NCBI GenBank assembly: GCA_028701595.1
Contig: JAQVQL010000001.1
Coordinates: forward strand, 1 to 40,678
Source: Herbinix sp.
Lineage (GTDB): Bacteria > Bacillota > Clostridia > Lachnospirales > Lachnospiraceae
DNA length: 40,678 nt
Direction: 5' to 3'
Position numbers and translations under genes: made by a program. The notes under the pieces are model-generated. The model worked only from the letters and a program-made list of their open reading frames with translations. It made no database searches and was not told the DNA's origin. This document shows, piece after piece, positions 22,517 to 31,442 of this stretch (position 1 is the first letter of the stretch; every line of letters begins with the position of its first letter).

Positions 22517-22582
22517 ATAAAGGACAAGATTGAGACAAAAAAAGGTGTGTCTATACAACATTTTGAAAATCTTGTCCTTTAT
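22517..22582. repeat. Perfect 15-bp inverted repeat with 36-nt spacer
   Basis: ATAAAGGACAAGATT (22517-22531) / AATCTTGTCCTTTAT (22568-22582). Confidence 0.8.
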
Positions 22583-22811
22583 TGTATATATATAATTATA
22601 TGGCTTAAGCCTATTATTATCATTAATGGCATGATTTTCTAGTATATACAACTTATGTGCATGGAATTGGCGCTATATGGAATCTATTGCATTAATTACA
22701 TGCGAAAAAGCAATAATCATTATATAAATATCTTTGTTTTGCTGATATAATTATTATGTCTTGTAAGGTTATTGACAGACCTTAAATATTATACTAAAAG
22801 GGGTGGCCTTA

Positions 22812-23075
22812 TTGCATATCATGCAGTCATTAAGAACCAAAACTACTTCTGTAAGAGAAAATGAATTTGAAATCACCTACAACCTAATTTTCAAGAATGC
22901 ACTCTATAGCTTAGAATGTATCAGAGTGGGAGGCAATGATGAACCTAATAATTATTGCTTTGCAGAAAATATTACTGAGGATGAGGGCGAAGCAGAGGTG
23001 TTTCTGCTAAAACTGATTAAGGGGAAGGTGTTCCCGGTACATATTAAGGATCTAGTGGAGGACTACTTCAATTAA
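22812..23075 (+). CDS. DUF6514-like small protein
   Basis: C-terminal FL.KL.KGKVFPVHIKDLVEDY pattern. TTG 22812 follows AAGGGGTGG; GTG 22803 is the alternative start. Confidence 0.65.
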   Translation: MHIMQSLRTKTTSVRENEFEITYNLIFKNALYSLECIRVGGNDEPNNYCFAENITEDEGEAEVFLLKLIKGKVFPVHIKDLVEDYFN

Positions 23076-23113
23076 TCCTTATTTAACAAAAGATAAATGA
23101 TAAAAAGCTGGAC

Positions 23114-23156
23114 AGAAAGACTACATCTAAGGGTAATGCCTTGGTGTAGTCTTTCT
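23114..23156 (+). terminator. Hairpin, possible terminator downstream of the DUF6514-like gene
   Basis: AGAAAGACTACA / TGTAGTCTTTCT arms with inner pairing. Confidence 0.6.
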
Positions 23157-23181
23157 TAATCTAACTTGCATAATTTCTAAA

Positions 23182-23209
23182 ACCGCGGCCTTAATTGCGG
23201 TCTTTTTTT
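23182..23209 (+). terminator. Second terminator-like hairpin
   Basis: ACCGCGG-CCTTAA-TTGCGGT then C and a T7 run. Confidence 0.6.
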
Positions 23210-23239
23210 GTATATTTTCGGTATGGTTAGGAAAATATA
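23210..23239 (+). promoter_or_regulatory. Candidate forespore (sigma-F/G) promoter of the ger operon
   Basis: GTATA, 15 nt, GGAAAATATA; close to the sigma-F/G consensus and upstream of germinant receptor genes. Confidence 0.5.
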
Positions 23240-23308
23240 GATATATGGGTTATTTATATTTTCGTATAATGTCTAGAGAAATCCAGGTTGGAAAGAGGGC
23301 TAAATATT

Positions 23309-24775
23309 GTGAATAGAATTAGTTCAGAATGGATTAGAAAGCTATTTGAAAAAAGCAGCGATGTAGTTGTTCGGTCAATAAAGATAAATCAAAATAACTT
23401 AACCGTTCATCTATTCTGTGTGGATGGTTTAATTAACCAGTCTTTATTTGATGAAGCTATATTTAGATCTCTAAAATTTGACCCTTATCTGTCCAATTGC
23501 AAGACAGAGCGTGAAATGATGGATTATCTCCTTGACGGCGGGGCTTATCATGTATTTACAATCGAAGAGACTGATTACAAGCTCTTATTAAAATATGTTC
23601 TTAGCGGTATGGTCGCTTTGATTTTTGATTCAGAGGAAAAGGCTATTGTATATGACATAAGGATGTTTGAGAAAAGGTCTATTCAAGAGCCTTCTGAAGA
23701 AAATGTTATTAAGGGCTCCAAGGAATCATTTATTGAAGTTATGCGTATGAATACAGCCCTAATTCGAAGAAGGATTAGGTCCGAGCATCTTGTTATAGAG
23801 GCACTATCTGCCGGAAGAATATCCAAAACGGATATGGCTTTAGTGTATATTAGTAATGTTGCAGATCTGAACACAGTTAACAAAATCCGTGAGCTTATCA
23901 AAAGTATAGACATAGATAATATAGCTTCTCCAGCTTTCATAGAGGAATATTTGATCCCGAATAAGCATAGTCTTTTTCCACAGATTATGTATACACAAAG
24001 ACCGGATAGGGTGGCCGCTAATTTATCTGATGGAAGAGTGGCTTTGGTGGTAGACGGTATACCGTTTGCATACCTTTTGCCCTGCCAGCTTCCTATGCTT
24101 ATGCAGTCACCTGATGACTATGCAAATCATTTTTTTATAGGCTCATCCCTGAGGATAATTCGCTATATATCCATGATTATTACTTTATTTTTGCCTGCTT
24201 TTTATATTGCAGCTACTACTTATCAAAGTCAGATGCTACCCGTGCAGTTAGCCCTATCAACTCAGGCTGCAAAGCAGAACGTTCCATTCTCCTCTGCGTC
24301 TGAGGTAATAGGCCTTCTTATATCCTTTGAGATACTAATAGAAGCGGGACTTAGACTTCCTAAAGCTGTTGGCACAGCCATGTCTATATTAGGGGGATTG
24401 GTAGTTGGACAGTCAGCTGTAGCAGCAAATCTTGTCTCTCCAGCAGTGGTTGTTATTGTATCCCTGGCAGGAATATCAGGGTTTATTATGCCAAATCAGG
24501 ATCTAAGCAGTGGTATCAGGTTATCAAGATTCTTACTGTCTGTACTGGCTGCGTTATCAGGCTTCTTTGGTCTTGCCATAGGACTTATACTTCTAATAAA
24601 TCATTTGTGCAGTCGTAATAATTATAATACAGCATATATGTCTCCCTTTGTTGATGTAGAGGAGAGAAATATTAAGGATACATTATTAAGATTCCCTATA
24701 AAATATTTTACTAAGAGGCCTAATGATATCGCTCCTGTCAATAAGGTTAAACAAAGCGAAGGGAAGGATGGATAA
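23309..24775 (+). CDS. Spore germinant receptor A subunit (GerA/GerKA family)
   Basis: RSIQEPSEENVIKGSKESFIE, TQRPDRVA, QSPDDY, EAGLRLPKAVG, GQSAVAANLVSP. GTG 23309 follows AGAGGG. Confidence 0.95.
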   Translation: MNRISSEWIRKLFEKSSDVVVRSIKINQNNLTVHLFCVDGLINQSLFDEAIFRSLKFDPYLSNCKTEREMMDYLLDGGAYHVFTIEETDYKLLLKYVLSGMVALIFDSEEKAIVYDIRMFEKRSIQEPSEENVIKGSKESFIEVMRMNTALIRRRIRSEHLVIEALSAGRISKTDMALVYISNVADLNTVNKIRELIKSIDIDNIASPAFIEEYLIPNKHSLFPQIMYTQRPDRVAANLSDGRVALVVDGIPFAYLLPCQLPMLMQSPDDYANHFFIGSSLRIIRYISMIITLFLPAFYIAATTYQSQMLPVQLALSTQAAKQNVPFSSASEVIGLLISFEILIEAGLRLPKAVGTAMSILGGLVVGQSAVAANLVSPAVVVIVSLAGISGFIMPNQDLSSGIRLSRFLLSVLAALSGFFGLAIGLILLINHLCSRNNYNTAYMSPFVDVEERNIKDTLLRFPIKYFTKRPNDIAPVNKVKQSEGKDG

Positions 24776-25877
24776 GGTGAAGAAATTAGTAATTATTCTA
24801 TTTTCGTTATTACTATGCGGATGCAGTCATGATATGAATCGTAGAGAAATCGATGAGATAAACTTTATTCATGTTATGGGGATAGATTACTCCGAAGGGG
24901 AATATGTTCTGACGGCAATTTATAGCTCCAGCCAAGGGGCCGATCCAGAGAAAGGCTCTGCTGGTGATGAAGAAATTTCGGAGGGGAAAGGAGCAACACC
25001 ATTTGAGGCTTTTCAAAACCTTAAGCTTAAGAATAAAAAAAGCATCTCCATAGCAAATACAGGATATTTTCTATTAGGGGAGAGAGCGGCCGAGAAGGGC
25101 ATTAAGATATGTATTGATTTTCTTTCAAGGGATGAAACGGTCAAGATGGAATCTTTGCTATTTATAACAAGAGATATGAAGGCATCGGATTTTATTGCTG
25201 AAAGTATAGAGAAGGGTCAAATGGTTCATGAGGATTTGGAGGCGGTGGAACAGAAGCAAAAGGAGCTAATTACAAGAAATGATAATACTTTGGTAAATAT
25301 ACTTAATGAGCTGGAAAATAATATGACCAGCGGCATTATTCCATATCTGATAGCAGAGGAGAACTCATTTCTACTTAAGGGATATGCTGTGTTTGATAAG
25401 CTTGTGTTAGTTGATTATCTTGACATGGATACATCTTCGGGAATCAATTTTATAAAAAATATAATTAGAGCCTATCCCATATATCTAGAAAATAGCGTGG
25501 GACTATCAATTTCATATTCTAAAAGCCACATGAAATCCGAACTGGAGAATAATCAGGTTAAGGTAGTTATTCATCTGGATTTTGAAACCATGGTAAAGGA
25601 GATAAGTTCTAAAAAGGATATATTCTCTGCTGATGAATTGAAGAGTCTTACTGAGCAGCAAAATGCTTATATTATCAAGATCATGAAAAAAGCCACAAAT
25701 TATTCTATTAGTACAGGAATAGATATACTTCAGATTGCACGGCTAATGCAGAATCAACACACTAGAAAATGGAGTGGAATTGAGGAGGATTGGAGTAGCA
25801 TGATATCTGAAATCGAGTACGAATTTGATGTTAAATCACAGATAACAAAATCCTTTATTCTTAGTACTGGAGGATAG
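24768..25877 (+). CDS. Spore germinant receptor C subunit, lipoprotein (Ger(x)C family)
   Basis: Signal peptide with lipobox LLCGC, then REIDEINFIHVMGID; ATG 24768 overlaps the end of the A gene. Confidence 0.9.
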   Translation: MDKVKKLVIILFSLLLCGCSHDMNRREIDEINFIHVMGIDYSEGEYVLTAIYSSSQGADPEKGSAGDEEISEGKGATPFEAFQNLKLKNKKSISIANTGYFLLGERAAEKGIKICIDFLSRDETVKMESLLFITRDMKASDFIAESIEKGQMVHEDLEAVEQKQKELITRNDNTLVNILNELENNMTSGIIPYLIAEENSFLLKGYAVFDKLVLVDYLDMDTSSGINFIKNIIRAYPIYLENSVGLSISYSKSHMKSELENNQVKVVIHLDFETMVKEISSKKDIFSADELKSLTEQQNAYIIKIMKKATNYSISTGIDILQIARLMQNQHTRKWSGIEEDWSSMISEIEYEFDVKSQITKSFILSTGG

Positions 25878-25928
25878 AACCTTCAGTTACATTTTATTAA
25901 AATCATTTATATATAGATGGAGGTTTGT

Positions 25929-26117
25929 ATGGTTTATGTTTTTGGAGGTCTGATTATTGTATCCTTTGTTAAGCAAAAGAATGTGATACTTAGTAAGAAA
26001 AGAAATTTGTTTGTATTTTTGGTTTTATCAGCCAGCGGAATAGCATTAGGGACTGTTCGTATGATATTTCCCTATATCCCAAGCATAGCAAACACTTTGG
26101 AAAAATTCATGAAATGA
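25929..26117 (+). CDS. Small hydrophobic protein, putative germinant receptor accessory (D) subunit
   Basis: 62 aa after GGAGG, two hydrophobic segments, PYIPSIA tail; sits between the C and B genes. Confidence 0.65.
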   Translation: MVYVFGGLIIVSFVKQKNVILSKKRNLFVFLVLSASGIALGTVRMIFPYIPSIANTLEKFMK

Positions 26118-26181
26118 TTGCGGAGGATAAATCCTCCGTTAGATGTAATGTTATAAGAATAAGTTAATTAGGAGGATTTGC

Positions 26182-27282
26182 ATGAACGATCAATTAACTA
26201 TGAGGCAAGTGGTATTTATGTATCTGTTCATATCTCTATCCCCCGTGCTTAGACAGATACCTTCAGCCTTAGCCGGAGAAGCGGGTAGAAGCGGGTACTT
26301 AAGTCCGTTTTGGTCTCTTATTGTAATCGTCCCGCTTGTAGCTGTTATTCTTTTACTTATTAGTTCATTTCCAGGGCTAAATATATATGAGATTATAGTA
26401 AGCCTTCTTGGTAAGATTTGTGCCAAGATTGTAATTATACTTTATATGGCTTGGATTATATTGTTTCTTACAGCCAAGATAAACATATATTCTTTAACAT
26501 TACAATTTACTTTGATGCCAAAAACAAGATCAGATTTCTTCATGCAGGTAATGCTCATACTGGTTTATTATGCACTTCTTAGGGGAAGCAAAACTATATT
26601 CAGATTTTCTGAGTTTTCATTAGGACCTATACTTTTGTTAATAGGTGTTCTATTTATTTGCGCTGTAAGTAGATTAAGAACAGATTATTTGCTACCTGTT
26701 TCTACTATTAATCTGCCATCAACCATTAAGGCTTCGACTAATGTTATTGCTGTCGGTGGGAATATGATAATAGCTTTATTTTTTGCTGATAAGCTGGGAA
26801 TATCTCTGACAAATAAGCAAAAAAGAAAGTTCTGGTCCGGTTCCTTATTCTTTATTGTTTTTTGTTTTATAATTACTATATTTACATTCGGTATATCTGG
26901 AGCGAGTCTAACAGCCAAGCTTCCGTTTCCTTTTTATATAACTGTAAAAAGCATCTCGTTTTTTAATATATTTGAACGCTTTGAGGTTATCGTAACACTT
27001 ATATGTATTTTATCGGATTTTATCACCATATGCTTGTTATTTATAATTCTTATGAAGCTAATTCAATGGTTATTTGGATTAAAGGAGAGAGAATTCTTAT
27101 ATGTACCTTTAGCAATGGTTATTTATTATCTTTCCTATTATGTATCTACCACACAATTTGAATTTGAATATCTATACAGGTATGTAATTGTCTATGCCAA
27201 TATGATATTTCAATATATAATTCCATTACTACTTGGCTTAATATGCTTAGTTAGAAGAAAGCACATTAAAAAGCAGTATTAG
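26182..27282 (+). CDS. Spore germinant receptor B subunit (GerAB family, APC fold)
   Basis: Highly hydrophobic, about 10 TM segments; LMPKT, LPFPFY, FERFE motifs. Confidence 0.92.
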   Translation: MNDQLTMRQVVFMYLFISLSPVLRQIPSALAGEAGRSGYLSPFWSLIVIVPLVAVILLLISSFPGLNIYEIIVSLLGKICAKIVIILYMAWIILFLTAKINIYSLTLQFTLMPKTRSDFFMQVMLILVYYALLRGSKTIFRFSEFSLGPILLLIGVLFICAVSRLRTDYLLPVSTINLPSTIKASTNVIAVGGNMIIALFFADKLGISLTNKQKRKFWSGSLFFIVFCFIITIFTFGISGASLTAKLPFPFYITVKSISFFNIFERFEVIVTLICILSDFITICLLFIILMKLIQWLFGLKEREFLYVPLAMVIYYLSYYVSTTQFEFEYLYRYVIVYANMIFQYIIPLLLGLICLVRRKHIKKQY

Positions 27283-27293
27283 TAGCAGATTTC

Positions 27294-28400
27294 TTAGTCA
27301 TATATATGTATCCCTATATTTTCATCATCGTAATCATATATCTGATGCTTTATGTAATCCTGGGCAACTGGATCAATAAATTCATATACCCTATAGTATT
27401 CCTTTGTTTCGGTGTTCTTGACAGTCTCGCAACGGTTCTTGTATAGGAAGAGAATTAAATCATAGCAGTCAATCCAGATTTCACTAACACTTTCTTTTTG
27501 TGATTCATCAAAAATCAACTGAATTCCAAAATGAAGATGAGGTGTGCGGATGTTATTGGCATTTTCTTTATTGCTATAACCAGTTCTGCCAAGATATCCT
27601 ATTACATCACCCGCTTGAACCACACTACCTATTTCAAGGGCTTTATTATAGGGAAAATTTTGCCTAAGATGAGCATAGTAGTAATATCTTTTGCTATCAA
27701 AGCTTCGGATTCCTATTCTCCATCCTCCGTATTTATTCCAACCAAGAGCTTCTATATAACCTGATTCCGTAGCAATAATAGGTGTACCGACTTGACCCAT
27801 CATATCGTGTCCAAGATGTTTTCTTTTAAAACCATAGCTTCTCGATACACCGAAATCATCAAAGTGACTGTAGGGATAAAATTTAGCGATGGGTAGAAAG
27901 GCCTTAAGACCGTATTTTTCTTCCATACGCTTACCACCCGGAGCAGCTTCGTCCTTAACTTCAATTTCATACTCACCAACCATGCCACCAAGTACAGCAG
28001 AATAAGCCTCAAGATAATAATCATAGTATTTCATATCCTTTGTTAATTCATTCATGGTTTCTTCTTTAGATATAAGCTTATTGGCCAGCTCTGTCATATT
28101 CTTTTCCTTATATCTGGAGAAATCACCTCCATACCTGGCACCAAGATATGCCAATAATTCAATCCAGTTCAAATGGACGTCCTTGTCCTTAGTCTCTACA
28201 TCATAGCGATATGCCTGGTCAAGAGCCTTTTGATTAACATCAAAACTGACCCACTTTATATACTTTTTCTCTGTATCATACATGGATGCGTACATTGTCG
28301 CTTCCTGATCTATATCCTGTTTGACCAGAACAGAGGAAAAAATCAATAAAAGAATTAGTTCGCACATTACAATGTGTTTAGCTTTATATTTTTTTAACAT
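27294..28400 (-). CDS. M23-family metallopeptidase, membrane-anchored or secreted
   Basis: N-terminal hydrophobic helix; HLGHD, YYAHL, HLHFG zinc motifs. Confidence 0.92.
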   Translation of the reverse strand: MLKKYKAKHIVMCELILLLIFSSVLVKQDIDQEATMYASMYDTEKKYIKWVSFDVNQKALDQAYRYDVETKDKDVHLNWIELLAYLGARYGGDFSRYKEKNMTELANKLISKEETMNELTKDMKYYDYYLEAYSAVLGGMVGEYEIEVKDEAAPGGKRMEEKYGLKAFLPIAKFYPYSHFDDFGVSRSYGFKRKHLGHDMMGQVGTPIIATESGYIEALGWNKYGGWRIGIRSFDSKRYYYYAHLRQNFPYNKALEIGSVVQAGDVIGYLGRTGYSNKENANNIRTPHLHFGIQLIFDESQKESVSEIWIDCYDLILFLYKNRCETVKNTETKEYYRVYEFIDPVAQDYIKHQIYDYDDENIGIHIYD

Positions 28401-28432
28401 AGAAAAAGTTTCCCCGACTTACAACTCGTAAT

Positions 28433-28461
28433 ATCTTATGAGTTTTTCACATTTTTAATGC
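28433..28461 (-). promoter_or_regulatory. Candidate mother-cell sigma-E promoter of the M23 gene
   Basis: Minus strand GCATTAA, 14 nt, CATAAGAT. Confidence 0.45.
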
Positions 28462-28464
28462 CCC

Positions 28465-29175
28465 TTATTCAAAAATGTCTTCTTTATATTTTTTATGATA
28501 TTTTAAGTATATATTTATATCATCCTTTGAATTATCAAAGGTAGCCAGTATAATTTCATTAATATCTGTAACACCTTTTTGACTTATCCTTTTATTAACC
28601 CATGCTTCATTTTTCCCAGTGCTTTGTAAATTACCCTTCATGACTTTACCATCAATTATTATATTTGCCATAGGTACGTTCTGAATAGGCTTAATATCTA
28701 AATCCTCGGGAGTAGTAGGCCTTGCAGTAACCATAGGAAGTATGCTGATTTTACCATTACTCTCTAATATAATAGTATGGATTTCTTCAAGGTCATAATA
28801 ACCCATAACTCTACATTCTGAAAGTAATTCACCAACATCAAGCTTGGCATATAAAAGATTCTTTTCATAGAGTTGTCCTTTTTGATATAGGAGCAGAGCT
28901 TGTCCCTGAAAGAACCTTCTAAGAATAATTGATTTACATGTCAGATAATTAATACTAAGTGTAAAGAATGAAAGAAAAATCATAGACAATAAGGGCTCTA
29001 TCAGATTGTCTGTGGACATAGCCGCAATCTCACCTGCAATTGAACCTATAGCAATACTGCTTATATAATCAAACATACTAAGCTGTGCCATTTCTCTATT
29101 GCCCATAACCTTTGTTAGTATAAACAAAGCACTTAATGATACTAAGGATGAAACCAATACTTTACCTATCTCCAT
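28465..29175 (-). CDS. DUF421 (YetF-like) membrane protein
   Basis: MGNREMAQLSMFDY, ILESNGKISILP, IIIDGKVMKGNL. Confidence 0.9.
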   Translation of the reverse strand: MEIGKVLVSSLVSLSALFILTKVMGNREMAQLSMFDYISSIAIGSIAGEIAAMSTDNLIEPLLSMIFLSFFTLSINYLTCKSIILRRFFQGQALLLYQKGQLYEKNLLYAKLDVGELLSECRVMGYYDLEEIHTIILESNGKISILPMVTARPTTPEDLDIKPIQNVPMANIIIDGKVMKGNLQSTGKNEAWVNKRISQKGVTDINEIILATFDNSKDDINIYLKYHKKYKEDIFE

Positions 29176-30087
29176 TTATACAGCCTCCTTTAGTGTCTTC
29201 TTAATATATTCATCGATTCTAACAGGACCCTCTAGCACCACCTTTCCGACATATAGAGAACGGTCATCTCTAGTCATAATAGCCCATTTAATTAATGAAA
29301 GACTTCCGTTGGTGATTTCAATGCCTGTAATGCATCTTGGGTGGACACAGCTTCCGTCATTAAAGCATAAAACTTCATCAGGCTTTGGAAATACTGGTCT
29401 ATGGGTATGGCCGGTAATAATCATTTGATTATTTTTCATAGACCAGCCTGCCAATCTTTTTTCCACCTTACTTTTTCGCTCGCTATTCTTTGCGGCACTG
29501 GTAGGATCTCTTATACCAATTAATTCTAGAGGCCTCCATAGATATCGTACTAAAAATCTGGATAATCGCCAGAAGGTATCATTTAATATATCAGCTTGAT
29601 GTCCATGTGTAAGAAAAATTTGATATGGAGCTTCCATATAATCAAGTATGAGTCCTTCGGACATAGTTATATTCGGGAAAAGAGGTACATGTGAGTTGAT
29701 ACTATCGCAAAAAAAGGATTTGCATTTTGTTTTAGTATATTTTGGCTCTCTTTTTACTATGTCATGATTTCCATAGAGCATATGAAATCTGCCTTCTCTA
29801 TAGAATTGTGACATAAGCCAAAATGCATCACTATGGGTGTTTATAATTGTTTCGATTTTTCTGTTCTCCCATAATTCATCCCCGTCTCCTAGTTCAATAT
29901 AAGTAAATTCTCTTTCATAATAGTATTGCAGGGCTGCGAAGAAAATATTTTGATTATTTGAAAAATTATCTGAAAAGCCACCATTTCCTCTATGGCAGTC
30001 ACTCATTATTATGAATCTTGAATAGTCGTTAAAGGGAATCCTTATTGAGGAGGTCATTACATTAGTCAAACGCTTATTAACACCCAT
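29176..30087 (-). CDS. Calcineurin-like metallophosphoesterase
   Basis: SDCH, GDGDE, GNHD, THGH, GHTH motifs. Confidence 0.9.
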   Translation of the reverse strand: MGVNKRLTNVMTSSIRIPFNDYSRFIIMSDCHRGNGGFSDNFSNNQNIFFAALQYYYEREFTYIELGDGDELWENRKIETIINTHSDAFWLMSQFYREGRFHMLYGNHDIVKREPKYTKTKCKSFFCDSINSHVPLFPNITMSEGLILDYMEAPYQIFLTHGHQADILNDTFWRLSRFLVRYLWRPLELIGIRDPTSAAKNSERKSKVEKRLAGWSMKNNQMIITGHTHRPVFPKPDEVLCFNDGSCVHPRCITGIEITNGSLSLIKWAIMTRDDRSLYVGKVVLEGPVRIDEYIKKTLKEAV

Positions 30088-30091
30088 ATCA

Positions 30092-31132
30092 TCAATCCTC
30101 CTTATTTATATAATCCTTAATACTATCGTATGCTTCAAATACTTGACGTGGTTTACCCACATTCAATATCTGATTATACATATTTGGTGATTTACGCTTT
30201 ACATATAGCAATTTATCAAGAGCCCCGACATAGGCATTAGTTAAATAATTGTAGGAATCGCAAAATGACTTATTATTACGCTGCATAAGATGATCGGTTA
30301 TGGAGTTTCGTGTAAATGGCTGCTTAGTATGAGGCTTATCAAAATGAATATAAACCCTTCTTCCACGAATAGCATATTCACTATCTGTATAACCGGCTTC
30401 TATTAACCCATTTACAAATGCTTCGGCCATTTGTCGATCATATAGGTCCAGAATAATATCCATAGTTAGCTCGGAGGGCTGTGAAAATTCGGCAAGCTTA
30501 AATCCTGTAACCCACCAATGATAGGCGCTTCTTGTAAATAAAAGATTGCCGTTCTTTCTTATAGCAAATGACATATCTATTCTGTGTTCATCCTTGACAC
30601 AATAATAAAAGGTACCGTTAAATATACCAGGAATATTTAGTTCTGGTCCGGAAGTGTAGTAAATACCGACCTCGCCGCCAGTTGTCATTCCGTATTGTCC
30701 CTTCCAGAATTCAATCATCCATTTCATACCTTTGTAACGAAAATATATAGGTTCACAGTCAATAATCATGCTGAATGTAGCACTTGCCTCATCATAAAGT
30801 CTGAAATATCCAAAGCTTCTTTGCCAACAATTCGTAAGAGAGTAGAACACATCCTGTGTATAATCATAGGCAAATCCAAACGGCTCTAAATCTTGATTTA
30901 ACTCCTCTAATTGTACGGGGTCTGTTCCTATTACATCGGTTATAGGTCTAACAATCTCTTTTTCTTTACTTCTGATTTTCTTTTTTTTATGATGTCTTGC
31001 ATATATTGAAACGATAAATAGAAGTGATAGAATTCCGATTGTTACAAGAACCTTGTTTTCTATATATAAGCTCCAAAAAAATGAAGCATTAGTAATTTCG
31101 GTTGTTAAAAAAGCTGAAATTAAAAAATACAT
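30092..31132 (-). CDS. DUF4474-domain membrane-anchored protein
   Basis: TM helix plus basic stretch, then WQRSFGY..LYD, WMIEFWKGQYG.TTGGEVG.Y, HWWVTGFK. Confidence 0.8.
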   Translation of the reverse strand: MYFLISAFLTTEITNASFFWSLYIENKVLVTIGILSLLFIVSIYARHHKKKKIRSKEKEIVRPITDVIGTDPVQLEELNQDLEPFGFAYDYTQDVFYSLTNCWQRSFGYFRLYDEASATFSMIIDCEPIYFRYKGMKWMIEFWKGQYGMTTGGEVGIYYTSGPELNIPGIFNGTFYYCVKDEHRIDMSFAIRKNGNLLFTRSAYHWWVTGFKLAEFSQPSELTMDIILDLYDRQMAEAFVNGLIEAGYTDSEYAIRGRRVYIHFDKPHTKQPFTRNSITDHLMQRNNKSFCDSYNYLTNAYVGALDKLLYVKRKSPNMYNQILNVGKPRQVFEAYDSIKDYINKED

Positions 31133-31368
31133 AGTAGACTCCTTTCATATGTTATATATCATCATATTCGCAAGAGGAGTAAGATGTTAATTATGACTAA
31201 AAAATATGTTATATTTTGAAATATGAATTTTTTTTCCTTATTAAAGCAATGCTATTAACTATAAAATATAAAATATTTGTGATAAAATAAACCAAGACAT
31301 TTGGGCGTATTTACATTTCGCAATGCCCAATATATGGTTATAAATGTTACCAATTATTATGCAATTAC

Positions 31369-31397
31369 TTGACATTTATCCATGTGCGTATTATGAT
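31369..31397 (+). promoter_or_regulatory. Sigma-A promoter of the rnf-like operon
   Basis: TTGACA, 17 nt, TATGAT. Confidence 0.75.
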
Positions 31398-31442
31398 ATT
31401 TTAGGTATATATAATTACCGGATAGCAGGAGGGCTAAAAGAT

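Noticed and set aside
31277-31295. Rex-like site TTGTGATAAAATAAACCAA upstream of rnfC
   Set aside because: Right half-site is poor, the context is very AT-rich and it lies about 75 nt upstream of the -35; not supportable without a matrix scan.
31344-31442. N-terminal extensions given by the ORF track for rnfC (also rbr, ntpD, gerC, rnfG)
   Set aside because: They overlap promoters or upstream genes; downstream starts have proper RBSs.
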